Notes: generated from the sequence alone by a model not told the origin. 64,000 nt of DNA from an uncultured Prevotella sp. (GCA_900772835.1 CAAGSA010000071.1:9566-73565); one strand, 5' to 3'. Positions 40,778-51,083 are shown, counted from the stretch's first letter. Made by a program: numbers and translations.

Positions 40778-40791
40778 CTTTTGAAATACCC

Positions 40792-40906
40792 CGTTTATGA
40801 ACAGCAAACGGTACGTTTATGAATGACAAACGATATGTTTATGAATGACAAACGATACGTTTATGAATGACAAACGATACGTTTATGAACAACAAACGGT
40901 ACGTTT
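40792..40906. repeat. 22-nt tandem array, 5 units
   Basis: Consensus cgtttatgaatgacaaacgata at 40792, 40814, 40836, 40858, 40880. Confidence 0.92.
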
Positions 40907-40962
40907 GAAGGATTGAAACACGCTATATATAATTTTAAACCCACCAACTGAAGAAGAAAAAT

Positions 40963-42495
40963 ATGAAGAATAAAGAATACAATATACTGACTGCGGTGGC
41001 TGTGGTACTGATGCTGGCAAGTGCCGTAGTGTGCCTCTATATGGGCAGATACCTGCATCCGTTCGCCGACGACTATGCCTACGGTGCCGATGCACACCAG
41101 GCCTTCCTGCATACGCGTTCGGTGGCGGAATGTCTGGGCGCGGCATGGCAGACCGCTATGAACACCTACCGCACCTGGCAAGGCACATACACCGCCTGCT
41201 TCCTGATGAGTCTGCAGCCGGGAGTGTTCGGCTGCTACTGGGTCACGCCGTTGCTGCTGCTGGGCAGTCTGGTGGCATCCACCTGTCTGCTGATGCATGT
41301 GCTGATGCGCAGGGTGCTCCGCGCTCCGCGCCGGGAGTATGTCTTCGTAGCCACGGTGTTCGTGCTCATCACCACACAGTTCGTATATTCGCCCTACGAT
41401 GCCTTCTACTGGTACAACGGGGGAATGTACTACACACTCTTCTACAGTCTCTCGCTCCTCCTGGCATCGCTCCTGCTGGCATACCCCCGGTGCGGCAGCA
41501 AGACGGGAAAGGTGTTCATAGCCGCCGCCACCTTTATTATATGCATAGTCACGGGCGGAGGAAACTTCGTGTCAGGATTCGCCACAGCCACCGTCCTCTC
41601 CACCGCCATCACCCTCTACACGATAAGCCACAGGCGGCTGCCGGTGTTCTGCACAGTGGCACTACTGATGTTCTGCGCCGCCTTCGCCCTGAGCGCCTTC
41701 GCCCCGGGCAACGCATTCCGCGAGGCAGACGAGCGCATGGCTCACCCCGAGTTCACACCCAGCATACTATTGGGCATCGCCACGAGCATACTCCGCTGCG
41801 GCACCTTCACGCTGAGGATGGCGGCAGGCATGATGCCGCTGGCGTTCCTCGTGCTGCTGCCTGCAGTGTGGCGCACGGCGCGCCGCTCGCCCTTCGCCTT
41901 CGCCCACCCCTGGCTCTGCATCATCATCACCTTTGCGCTCTACTGCAGCGTGTTCTTTCCCCACTGCTATGCCACCGACTATGTGGGTCCGAACCGCGTG
42001 CGCAACGTGTACAGCTACGCCCTCTTCTGGCTCATACTCATCAATATGTTCTACCTCTCCGGAACCGTGGCGCGCCGCCAGGGCAGCATAGGCAGGGCGG
42101 CGGAAAGCATCAGCCGGAAGACGGAAGGCATCGTCGCCACCATAAGGGCCACCGTCTGCCGCCACCGCTGGACATACATAAGCCTCCCGACGGCAGTGCT
42201 GCTGCTCGCCACCTTGCTGCCGCCATCGGCCACGAGCCGCAACCTCGCCCTGCTCGGCGGCACCATACAGCAGAGCGACCGCGAGATGAACGAGCGCGAA
42301 AGGCTGCTGGAACAGTCGGTGGCAGACACTGTGATACTGCAGCCCCTCAGCGTGGCGCTGCCCTCCGACGCTCATGCCGATGCCAAGCCGGCACCCGGCA
42401 ACTGGGTGAACGACGCGATGGCAAGATACTACGGCAAGAGGTGCGTATTCACTACCCGTCGTGGCGCCGCCGCAAGTTATCCCGAAAGCCGTTGA
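40963..42495 (+). CDS. Polytopic membrane protein, DUF6056/GT-C-like putative glycosyltransferase
   Basis: TM1 followed by P.ADDY, Y.TWQG.Y, FYWYNG..YY, APGN..R, and C-terminal WVN..MARYYG. Confidence 0.65.
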   Translation: MKNKEYNILTAVAVVLMLASAVVCLYMGRYLHPFADDYAYGADAHQAFLHTRSVAECLGAAWQTAMNTYRTWQGTYTACFLMSLQPGVFGCYWVTPLLLLGSLVASTCLLMHVLMRRVLRAPRREYVFVATVFVLITTQFVYSPYDAFYWYNGGMYYTLFYSLSLLLASLLLAYPRCGSKTGKVFIAAATFIICIVTGGGNFVSGFATATVLSTAITLYTISHRRLPVFCTVALLMFCAAFALSAFAPGNAFREADERMAHPEFTPSILLGIATSILRCGTFTLRMAAGMMPLAFLVLLPAVWRTARRSPFAFAHPWLCIIITFALYCSVFFPHCYATDYVGPNRVRNVYSYALFWLILINMFYLSGTVARRQGSIGRAAESISRKTEGIVATIRATVCRHRWTYISLPTAVLLLATLLPPSATSRNLALLGGTIQQSDREMNERERLLEQSVADTVILQPLSVALPSDAHADAKPAPGNWVNDAMARYYGKRCVFTTRRGAAASYPESR

Positions 42496-42854
42496 TAAGT
42501 ACGTGGAAAAGCCTGTTGATAAACTGTTCCTTATCCACACACCCACAAGGCAAGAGCAGGTGCAAGTGGATATCCACACACATATAAACAAGCTTTTGAC
42601 AACTTTTCCACGCTTTTTCATCAACAAAAGATATAAACTTATTATCTTTGCACCGAATGTGGAAAATGTGGATAACCTGTCTTTGTTGCTGAAAAACAGA
42701 AAACAAGTCTCAACATACACTGTGGAGAAGAATCCTCCACGGGTTGATAACCGGACGGCAAAGAAAAAGCACGGGAAGTTATAAACTTATACACGCCACA
42801 TCATACTATACATTTTTAGATTTAAAATTTAAAACAATAAAAGATTATAATAAT
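42490..42854. other. Probable chromosomal replication origin (oriC)
   Basis: Perfect DnaA boxes TTATCCACA 42531-42539 and TGTGGATAA 42667-42675, about ten 1-2-mismatch boxes, AT-rich tract ~42800-42854. Confidence 0.78.
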
Positions 42855-43847
42855 ATGGATGTTGACAAGAAGTGGGTCGAGAAGGGATATATCGACGAAC
42901 CGGTAGCCGAAGGCGTTGACCTGGCAAAGGAGATAAGAAAGATGTGCAAGGAGAAGAACGCCGTTATCCTGGCACACTACTACACGACGGGCGACATACA
43001 GGATATAGCCGACTTCATTGGCGATTCGCTGGCGCTGGCACGCAAGGCCGCGCAGACGGATGCCGACATAATCGTGATGTGCGGCGTTCATTTCATGGCA
43101 GAGACGTGCAAGATTCTCTCGCCCGGGAAACTCGTGATCTGCCCCGACCTCAACGCCGGATGCTCGCTTGCCGATTCTTGCAGGGCGGAAGACCTGAGGA
43201 AATACAAGGAGGATCACCCCGGCTACAAGGTGGTGAGCTACGTGAACACCACTGCTGCCGTGAAGGCTCTGACCGACGTGGTGGTGACGAGCGGAAACGC
43301 GAAGAAGATTGTGGACACGTTCCCGGAGGACGAGAAGCTCATCTTCGGTCCCGACTATAACCTGGGGTCATACATAAACAGCGTGACCGGGCGCAATATG
43401 CTGCTCTGGAACGGCGGATGCCACGTGCACGAGCGTTTCTCGGTGGCTGAGATAGTAAGGCTCAAGAAGGAGCATCCTGGCGCCGAGGTGCTTGTTCATC
43501 CGGAGTGCAAGGGGCCTGTGGTGGCGCTTGCCGATGTGGTTGGGTCTACTGCCGTGCTGCTCAAGCATGCCGTGGATAGCGACACGCAGGAGTTCATCGT
43601 TGCCACGGAGGCTGGAATCCTTTACGAGATGACGCGCAAGTGTCCGCAGAAGACTTTCATCCCCGTGCCGCCGGAGGTGGCTGAAGGTTCGCTGGGCTGC
43701 TCGTGCAACGAGTGCGACTACATGAAGATGAACACGCTCAGGAAGATATACAATGCCCTGAAATACGAGTGGCCCTCAGTTGAGGTGGCTCCGGAGATAG
43801 CGAAGGATGCCGTGAAGCCCATCGAGAGGATGCTCGAACTGTCGTAA
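42855..43847 (+). CDS. nadA: Quinolinate synthase
   Basis: ILAHYY, ADFIGDSL, CGVHFMAE, AGCSLA, YVNT, C.VH, HPEC, C.YMK; ATG at 42855. Confidence 0.95.
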   Translation: MDVDKKWVEKGYIDEPVAEGVDLAKEIRKMCKEKNAVILAHYYTTGDIQDIADFIGDSLALARKAAQTDADIIVMCGVHFMAETCKILSPGKLVICPDLNAGCSLADSCRAEDLRKYKEDHPGYKVVSYVNTTAAVKALTDVVVTSGNAKKIVDTFPEDEKLIFGPDYNLGSYINSVTGRNMLLWNGGCHVHERFSVAEIVRLKKEHPGAEVLVHPECKGPVVALADVVGSTAVLLKHAVDSDTQEFIVATEAGILYEMTRKCPQKTFIPVPPEVAEGSLGCSCNECDYMKMNTLRKIYNALKYEWPSVEVAPEIAKDAVKPIERMLELS

Positions 43848-43903
43848 GTCATGCCGGCTTGTAGGAGGCCGCCCTGCAAGCCTATACCTTATATATATAT
43901 AAT

Positions 43904-44860
43904 ATGAAGCCGCTCGTAAGTTTTATCATACCCTATTACAACCTGCCGCTCTGGATGATGAAGGAGTGTGTGGGGAGCATCTGCAATGTTAGGCTCGATG
44001 CTGTGGAGAGGGAGATAATCGTGGTGGACGACGGTTCCCGCGAAGACATACGTGCCGAACTTGCCGCCCTCTGTCCCGACATGGTGTATGTGAGGCAGGA
44101 GAACGGCGGACTGAGCGCAGCGCGCAACACCGGCATCAGTGTAGCCCGGGGCAGATACATACAGTTTGTCGACGGCGACGACCGGCTCATCGCCGATGCT
44201 TATTCGCTCTGTGTGGACAAGTTGCGCACGTCGGATGCCGACCTGCTCATGTTCCGCCACACCAGCGGCACGCTCGTGGCGGCAGAGTGCGCATGGACAG
44301 CCCCCGTGCCGGGAGCCGACTACATGTGTGCCAACAACCTGCGTGCCGCCGCCTGGGGCTACGTGTTCAGCCGCAGTCTGCTCGGCGACCTGCGGTTCAC
44401 GCTCGGCACATACCACGAAGACGAGGAGTTCACGCCGCAGCTCGTGGTCAAGGCCCGGCGTATGGCGGCAACCGGAGTGCAGGCATACTTCTATCGTCTG
44501 CGCCCCGAATCGATTACCACCACGCGCAACGCGCACCACACGGCAAAGCGTCTCGACGACGTGGAGCGCATAATAAAAGTGCTCCACGGCAGGGCGCGGC
44601 AGCTGCAAGGTGCAGAGCGCGACGGTATGCTGCGGCGCACGGAGCAGCTGGCGATGGACTATATTTTCAACAGCATACGCATGGAGCGCAGCCACACGGC
44701 ACTGGCGCGGCGCATGGAGCGGTTGCGCGCCGAAGGGCTTTATCCCTTGCCCAAGCGCAGCTACACGCGTCTTTACTCGCTCTTCCGCCTGTTGGCAAAC
44801 AATGGTTGTGCATCGCGCCTGCTCATTCTGCTTGCACCGCTCTTCGCCGGCAGGCGTTGA
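43904..44860 (+). CDS. GT2 family glycosyltransferase
   Basis: SFIIPYYN, VDDGS, NGGLSAARN.G, FVDGDD, HED. Confidence 0.9.
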   Translation: MKPLVSFIIPYYNLPLWMMKECVGSICNVRLDAVEREIIVVDDGSREDIRAELAALCPDMVYVRQENGGLSAARNTGISVARGRYIQFVDGDDRLIADAYSLCVDKLRTSDADLLMFRHTSGTLVAAECAWTAPVPGADYMCANNLRAAAWGYVFSRSLLGDLRFTLGTYHEDEEFTPQLVVKARRMAATGVQAYFYRLRPESITTTRNAHHTAKRLDDVERIIKVLHGRARQLQGAERDGMLRRTEQLAMDYIFNSIRMERSHTALARRMERLRAEGLYPLPKRSYTRLYSLFRLLANNGCASRLLILLAPLFAGRR

Positions 44861-44897
44861 GGCGGAGCGGAGCATTAACTTAAAATATACTACGGAA

Positions 44898-46097
44898 ATG
44901 CACATATTAGAAATACCCTCATTCTTTCCCCCCTACGGCGGCCTGTTCTGTCTCGACCAGAGCAAGGCGCTGGCTATGTACGGCAATACCGTGCGCATAG
45001 CGGCGTGCGTGGAAACAGGACTCAGCGTAACACCGAAGCATTATTTCACCGCCCCTCTGTGTACCCATCATCTGAAGATGGACGGCATAGACGTGGTGCG
45101 CCACTATATGAGGGCGATACCCAAGTGTCACCGCAGGAACGTGGAGCGGTGGCTGGGCATTGTGGAAAAGATTGTTGACAACTATGTGGAAAGGTACGGG
45201 AAACCGGATATGCTGCACGCACACTGCTGCAAGTGGGCAGGATATGCGGCGATGAAGGCTGGAGAGAAATACGGTCTGCCTTATGTAATAACCGAGCATC
45301 TGCCTTCGGGCATACTCGCCACGGAATTCCAGCCCGGCACCGGAGCATGGCAGGAGCCCATGCTGAGGGAGGCATACTCCAGGGCGGCGATGGTGATTCC
45401 CGTGGCTGCGGAGCTGGTGGCAGACACTGCGCCCTATTTCGGTACCGGCTACAGATGGCAGGAGGTGTCGAATACGATAGATGTGGATTTCTTTACTTAT
45501 AAGGAACGGGAGCGGCGTGACGGACAGCCCTTCGTGTTCTGCTGCATAGCCGACTTCATTCCGCGCAAGGGCTACGACGTGCTGGCAAGGGCGATGCAGA
45601 AGTTCATCGCTGATACCCACGCCAACGTGCGGCTCGTGGTGGCAGGCAGGGGTACTGATTCGCAGGAGATGAAACAGTTGCTGCACGGGTGCGGACTGGA
45701 AGGACGCGTGGATATGTGCGGCAGTGTGGACAAGTACGGTGTGCTGCAGATACTGTACGGCAGCCATTGTCTGCTGCTTGCCTCGCGCAGCGAGGTACAG
45801 CCACTGGTGCTGCTCGAGGCAATGAGCACCGGCATTCCGGTGGTGAGCACCGAGGTGGTGCCGTGCAGCGAGCGTGTGGAGGGGGGCTGCTTTATAGCAG
45901 GAGTGGACGATGCCGACGGCTTTGCCCAGTGTATGAAGCAGGTTTACGGCGGTGCTGCCGCCGACGGCAGAAAGCTGTCTGCTGCCATCAGCGCCATGGC
46001 TTCGCCCGAAGTGGTGGGCAGGCGGCTAACGGATTTGTTTGAAGACGTTTGCCAGTCGTTTGGCGGCAACGAACAAGGCTCTTGCCGTGAGAGCTGA
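44898..46097 (+). CDS. GT4 family glycosyltransferase
   Basis: KPDMLHAH, VITEH, RKG.DVL, E.QPLVLLEAMSTGIPVV (EX7E); ATG at 44898. Confidence 0.88.
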   Translation: MHILEIPSFFPPYGGLFCLDQSKALAMYGNTVRIAACVETGLSVTPKHYFTAPLCTHHLKMDGIDVVRHYMRAIPKCHRRNVERWLGIVEKIVDNYVERYGKPDMLHAHCCKWAGYAAMKAGEKYGLPYVITEHLPSGILATEFQPGTGAWQEPMLREAYSRAAMVIPVAAELVADTAPYFGTGYRWQEVSNTIDVDFFTYKERERRDGQPFVFCCIADFIPRKGYDVLARAMQKFIADTHANVRLVVAGRGTDSQEMKQLLHGCGLEGRVDMCGSVDKYGVLQILYGSHCLLLASRSEVQPLVLLEAMSTGIPVVSTEVVPCSERVEGGCFIAGVDDADGFAQCMKQVYGGAAADGRKLSAAISAMASPEVVGRRLTDLFEDVCQSFGGNEQGSCRES

Positions 46098-47048
46098 ATA
46101 CCAGGAGAGACTGCCCGACATGATGACCAGGGCGGTCTTTATTTTTATGTCCTTCCTCACGTTCCATCCGCTGATGCAGTGCACTGCCTCGTCTCTCAGC
46201 TGCGGCGAGTGGCTGCGGAAGGCGTGCATGAGCAGTGCGAACGCCTTGGCGGAGAAGAAGCGCCGTGTGGCATCCGATTTGATGCCGTATCTCTGGGCGA
46301 GGCTGAAGGAGAGCGATGCCGTGCGGCGCACGAACCGGAACTGCTTCCGGTCGTCGGGCTGGCACGACACGGAGTTGTGGCCGATGCTGTAGTTCAGTGT
46401 CACGTCGGGCAGGTATGCTATGTTTCCGTTCATGGCGAGCATGAACACGAGCTGCATGTCTTCACATCCGTTTTCCGGGTCGCGGAAGAGTTGTGGCTCG
46501 GCGTTGTAGCACCGGCGCATCACGTCGGCGCGGTACATTGCCGTGCAGGTGTGTACCACCGGAGCCTTGGTCTGCGTCAGTATGGCTTCGAGCATGAGCC
46601 TGCCCTCGGTGATGGGGGCGGGAAAGGGGGTGTATGTGTTGGGGAAGGTGCGCTGTGTGTCCTCTTCGTAGTATCGCCAGTTGGTGTGTACGAGCGTCAC
46701 GTCGGGGTGCTGCTCCATTATCTGCAGTTCCTTTTCCAGCTTTTCGCGGTCGGTCCAGAAGTCGTCGCCGGCGCTGTCGGCTATATACTTGCCATGGCAG
46801 GCGAGCATACAGTCGTAGTAGTTGTTCGTTATCCCCTTGTTTGGAGCCTTTGGCATCAGTCGCACGATATGTGGATAACGGTGTGCATAAGCCTCGCAAA
46901 CGGCTCTTGTAGAATCAGTTGAGCCGTCCTCGCCTATGATTATTTCTATCGGCAGGTGGCATTTCTGGTTCAGTATCGAGTCGATGGCTCTCCCGATGGT
47001 TTTCTCCTGATTGTATGTAGGCAGTATGACTGATATTTTCTCTTCCAT
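46026..47048 (-). CDS. GT2 family glycosyltransferase
   Basis: SVILPTYN, GEDGSTD, AGDDFW, ED motif. Confidence 0.88.
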   Translation of the reverse strand: MEEKISVILPTYNQEKTIGRAIDSILNQKCHLPIEIIIGEDGSTDSTRAVCEAYAHRYPHIVRLMPKAPNKGITNNYYDCMLACHGKYIADSAGDDFWTDREKLEKELQIMEQHPDVTLVHTNWRYYEEDTQRTFPNTYTPFPAPITEGRLMLEAILTQTKAPVVHTCTAMYRADVMRRCYNAEPQLFRDPENGCEDMQLVFMLAMNGNIAYLPDVTLNYSIGHNSVSCQPDDRKQFRFVRRTASLSFSLAQRYGIKSDATRRFFSAKAFALLMHAFRSHSPQLRDEAVHCISGWNVRKDIKIKTALVIMSGSLSWYSALTARALFVAAKRLANVFKQIR

Positions 47049-47060
47049 ATTCTAAGGGTT

Positions 47061-47954
47061 CTAATCCATATTTACGAATACTCCCAGCTTGTATATGTTG
47101 AGCAGCGGCACAATGGGTCGGTTGCCCGTGAGGTTGCTTCTTATCGGTTTCTTCAGCAGGTTGAACAGGCAGCGGTACAGCTGTCTGGCGTGTATGTTCT
47201 GCAGTTTGTCGGCAGCCGCTATGACCGACGAGTATCCGCGCAGTTCGTTTCTGAATTCGTGCAGTGTCTGCATTCCCGTTTCCATCTTTGCCACGAATCC
47301 CGGGTTCGTCTCGAAATCGTCGAGCATGATGGGGTTGTCGATATGCGTGATGTGTATGCCGTGTTCGCACAGCTGCTTGCCCCACATCACGTCTTCGTAG
47401 CCGTATCTCCTGAATCGTTCGTCGAATGGTATGCGCAGCAGTATTCCCCGTTTCACCATGAAGTTCGATGTGTTGAAGTTCTGGTATTCCCTCCGGCTTC
47501 TGTCGGCGGCGGTGTTGTGCGGTTCGTATTTCTTTTCCATACGGTAGCGTATGTTGTTGTGCAGCGCGTCGGGGGTTCCCCCTATGTGCAGTCCGCCGCA
47601 CGCGGCATCCACTCCGTCGAGCTGCACATAGTGTTTGATGAAGTCTCGGCTGCATAGGCGCCGGTCGCTGTCGAGGAAGAGCAGGTATTCGCCCTTTGCC
47701 TCGCGTGCCAGGAAGTTTCTTATCGCCGCCCTGCCCACGTTCTTCTCCCTTGCAATGTATCGGCAGTTCGGCATATCGGCAATGCTGCTGTTCTGCTTGA
47801 TGAACCGGAAGTCGGTGGAGCCGTCGTCTGCCACTATGATTTCGTAGCTGAAGTCATCGCTCCTGATGCTTTCAGCCTGGCGTTGCAGTTCGCTCACGAA
47901 GTCCACACAGCAGTTGTTGTACGACGGTAGTAGTATTGACAGTGACTTTATCAT
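47061..47954 (-). CDS. GT2 family glycosyltransferase
   Basis: SILLPSYN, ADDGSTD, GRAAIRN, FLDSD, FDERF..YGYED. Confidence 0.9.
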   Translation of the reverse strand: MIKSLSILLPSYNNCCVDFVSELQRQAESIRSDDFSYEIIVADDGSTDFRFIKQNSSIADMPNCRYIAREKNVGRAAIRNFLAREAKGEYLLFLDSDRRLCSRDFIKHYVQLDGVDAACGGLHIGGTPDALHNNIRYRMEKKYEPHNTAADRSRREYQNFNTSNFMVKRGILLRIPFDERFRRYGYEDVMWGKQLCEHGIHITHIDNPIMLDDFETNPGFVAKMETGMQTLHEFRNELRGYSSVIAAADKLQNIHARQLYRCLFNLLKKPIRSNLTGNRPIVPLLNIYKLGVFVNMD

Positions 47955-48007
47955 TTTCTTGTTTTATTGTTTTTCTCTATAACGAGCAATTGGACTATTT
48001 ATTTTCA

Positions 48008-48103
48008 GTGGGGGCGTATTTTTTCATAGGTGGGGCATTTAGGTGTGGTAGGTGGGGCATTTAGGTGTGGTAAGTGGGGCATTTAGGTGTGGTAAGTGGG
48101 GCA
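48008..48103. repeat. G-rich 22-nt tandem array
   Basis: gtggggcatttaggtgtggtaR at 48030, 48052, 48074, partial at 48096, degenerate at 48008. Confidence 0.9.
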
Positions 48104-48175
48104 CATAACGTAACCGGCGGATGGCTGGCGGAAACTTTTCTGACTGAAAACAATAACTCATTGGTGGAAATTTCG

Positions 48176-48183
48176 TATATTTG
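48176..48183 (+). promoter_or_regulatory. -7 promoter element of leuS
   Basis: TATATTTG 44 nt upstream of the ATG. Confidence 0.7.
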
Positions 48184-48227
48184 CAGCATTATTCTATTTC
48201 AGGAAAAAATAAAACATAATACATCAA

Positions 48228-51083
48228 ATGGAGTATAACTTCAACGAAATCGAAAAGAAATGGCAGCGCCAGTGGGTGGAAGACCAAACCTACAGGGTGG
48301 CTGAAGACAAGACGAAAAAGAAATTCTATGTGCTCAACATGTTCCCGTACCCCTCGGGAGCAGGACTGCATGTGGGGCATCCCCTGGGATACATCGCATC
48401 CGATATCTATGCCAGATACAAGAGGCTGAACGGATTCAACGTGCTCAACCCCATGGGTTACGATGCCTACGGACTGCCGGCAGAGCAGTATGCGATACAG
48501 ACCGGACAGCACCCGGCCATAACCACAGAGACAAACATAAACAGGTACCGCCAGCAGCTCGACAAGATAGGATTCTCGTTCGACTGGAGCCGCGAGGTGC
48601 GCACATGCGACCCGAAATACTACAAGTGGACACAGTGGGCATTCCGGAAGATGTTCAACTCCTTCTACTGTCTGGAGTGCCAGAAGGCAATGCCGATAGA
48701 GAAACTGATAGAGCACTTTGCCCAAAAGGGAAGCGAAGGCACAGAGAGCATAGCCAAGAGCGAGGAGCTGAAGTTCAGCGCCGACGAATGGAAGAAGATG
48801 AGCGAGAAGGAGCAGCAGCAGGTGCTCATGAACTACCGCATAGCATACATCGGAGAGACGATGGTGAACTGGTGTGCCGGACTGGGCACGGTGCTTGCCA
48901 ACGATGAGGTGGTGGACGGAGTGTCGGAGCGCGGCGGCTACCCCGTGGTGCAGAAGAAGATGCGCCAGTGGTGCCTGCGCGTCAGCGCATACGCGCAGCG
49001 CATGCTCGACGGGCTGGACACCGTGGACTGGAGCGACAGCATAAAGGAGACGCAGCGCAACTGGATAGGACGCTCAGAGGGAACGGAGATGCAGTTCCGC
49101 GTGGCAGGACAGGACTGGGACTTCACCGTCTTCACCACGCGTGCCGACACGATATTCGGAGTGACTTTCATGGTGCTCGCGCCGGAGAGCGAACTGGTGG
49201 AGAAGCTCACCACCGGGGAGCAGAAGAAAGAGGTGGATGAATACCTTGCCTATGTGAAGAAGCGCACGGAGCTCGACCGCATGTCCGACCACAAGGTGAC
49301 GGGCGTGTTCACCGGTTCATACGCCGTGAACCCCTTCACGGGAGAGAACATACCGGTGTGGGTTTCAGAATACGTGCTCGCCGGATACGGCACAGGAGCA
49401 ATCATGGCAGTGCCGGCGCACGACAGCCGCGACTATGCCTTCGCGCGCCATTTCAACCTGCCCGTGGTGCCGCTCATCGAGGGAGCCGACGTGTCGGAGG
49501 AGAGCTTCGACGCCAAGGAAGGCACGGTGTGCAACTCGCCGGCAGAGGGCAAGCAGACGACGGACGGATTCTCGCTCAACGGACTGAGCGTGAAGCAGGC
49601 CATCGCGGCAACGAAGAAATACGTGACGGAGAAGGGCATAGGCAGAGTGAAGGTGAACTACCGTCTGCGCGATGCCATATTCTCAAGACAGAGATACTGG
49701 GGAGAGCCGTTCCCCGTATACTACAAGGACGAGATGCCGTATATGGTGCCGGAGGAATGCCTGCCGATAGAGCTGCCCGAAGTGGCACACTACAAGCCTA
49801 CGGAAACAGGCGAGCCGCCGCTGGGCAACGCGCAGAAATGGGCGTGGGACACGGCGAAGAACGAGGTGGTGGACAAGAGCCTGATAGACAACAGCACCGT
49901 ATTCCCGCTCGAGCTGAACACCATGCCGGGATTCGCAGGCTCGTCGGCATACTACCTGAGATACATGGACCCGAACGACGAGCAGGCACTCGTGGCAAAG
50001 GACATCGACGAATACTGGCAGAACGTGGACCTCTACGTGGGAGGAACGGAGCACGCCACGGGACACCTCATATACTCGCGCTTCTGGAACAAGTTCCTCT
50101 TCGACATGGGAGTGTCGTGCAGAGAGGAGCCGTATCAGAAACTCGTGAACCAGGGAATGATACAGGGACGCTCGAACTTCGTGTACCGGGTGAACTCCGA
50201 CGACCACTCCAAGGCACCGGTGTTCGTGAGCTGCGGACTGAAAGACCAGTATGAGGTGACGCCGATACACGTGGACGTGAACATCGTGCAGGGCGACGTG
50301 CTCGACACGGAGCAGTTCCGCCAGTGGCGACCCGAATACGCCGATGCCGAGTTCATACTCGAAGACGGGAAGTATATCTGCGGATGGGCAGTGGAGAAAA
50401 TGTCGAAGTCGATGTTCAACGTGGTAAACCCCGACATGATAGTAGAGAAATACGGAGCCGACACGCTGCGACTCTACGAGATGTTCCTCGGCCCCGTGGA
50501 GGCAAGCAAGCCGTGGGATACGAACGGCATCGACGGCTGCCACCGCTTCCTGAAGAAGTTCTGGGCACTGTTCTACAGCCGTGACGGACAGTTCCTGCCA
50601 ACCGGCGAGGAGCCTACGGCAGAACAGCTGAAGAGCGTGCACAAGCTGATAAAGAAGGTGACGCACGACATAGAGCACTTTTCCTACAACACCAGCATCT
50701 CGGCATTCATGATATGCGTGTCGGAACTGCAGCAGGCGAAATGCCGCAACAGGGAACTGCTGCAGCAGGTAGTGGTGCTGCTGGCACCGTTCGCTCCGCA
50801 CATAGCCGAGGAGCTATGGCACCAGTTGGGCAACCAGACCACGGTGTGCGATGCACAGTGGCCAGTGTGCAACGAGCAGTATCTCGTGGAGAGCAGCATG
50901 CAGCTCACGGTGTCGTTCAACGGAAAGGCGCGCTACCAGAAGAGCTTCCCCGTGGACGCCGACAACGAGACGATAAAGAACGAGGTGCTCGCCGACGAGA
51001 AGAGTGCGAAGTATCTTGAGGGCAAGCAGGTGGTGAAGGTCATCGTGGTGCCGAAGAAAATCGTGAACGTGGTTATAAAATAA
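48228..51083 (+). CDS. leuS: Leucine--tRNA ligase
   Basis: MFPYPSG.GLHVGH (HIGH), editing-domain [26 protein letters not shown]. Confidence 0.97.
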   Translation: MEYNFNEIEKKWQRQWVEDQTYRVAEDKTKKKFYVLNMFPYPSGAGLHVGHPLGYIASDIYARYKRLNGFNVLNPMGYDAYGLPAEQYAIQTGQHPAITTETNINRYRQQLDKIGFSFDWSREVRTCDPKYYKWTQWAFRKMFNSFYCLECQKAMPIEKLIEHFAQKGSEGTESIAKSEELKFSADEWKKMSEKEQQQVLMNYRIAYIGETMVNWCAGLGTVLANDEVVDGVSERGGYPVVQKKMRQWCLRVSAYAQRMLDGLDTVDWSDSIKETQRNWIGRSEGTEMQFRVAGQDWDFTVFTTRADTIFGVTFMVLAPESELVEKLTTGEQKKEVDEYLAYVKKRTELDRMSDHKVTGVFTGSYAVNPFTGENIPVWVSEYVLAGYGTGAIMAVPAHDSRDYAFARHFNLPVVPLIEGADVSEESFDAKEGTVCNSPAEGKQTTDGFSLNGLSVKQAIAATKKYVTEKGIGRVKVNYRLRDAIFSRQRYWGEPFPVYYKDEMPYMVPEECLPIELPEVAHYKPTETGEPPLGNAQKWAWDTAKNEVVDKSLIDNSTVFPLELNTMPGFAGSSAYYLRYMDPNDEQALVAKDIDEYWQNVDLYVGGTEHATGHLIYSRFWNKFLFDMGVSCREEPYQKLVNQGMIQGRSNFVYRVNSDDHSKAPVFVSCGLKDQYEVTPIHVDVNIVQGDVLDTEQFRQWRPEYADAEFILEDGKYICGWAVEKMSKSMFNVVNPDMIVEKYGADTLRLYEMFLGPVEASKPWDTNGIDGCHRFLKKFWALFYSRDGQFLPTGEEPTAEQLKSVHKLIKKVTHDIEHFSYNTSISAFMICVSELQQAKCRNRELLQQVVVLLAPFAPHIAEELWHQLGNQTTVCDAQWPVCNEQYLVESSMQLTVSFNGKARYQKSFPVDADNETIKNEVLADEKSAKYLEGKQVVKVIVVPKKIVNVVIK

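Noticed and set aside
40792..40906. CRISPR array
   Set aside because: Units are contiguous with no unique spacers, and no cas genes are present; the same applies to the other 22-nt arrays
42744..42854. N-terminal extension of NadA in the ORF track (likewise starts at 23107, 25128, 44610, 57926)
   Set aside because: Downstream ATGs with A-rich leaders match the family N-termini better
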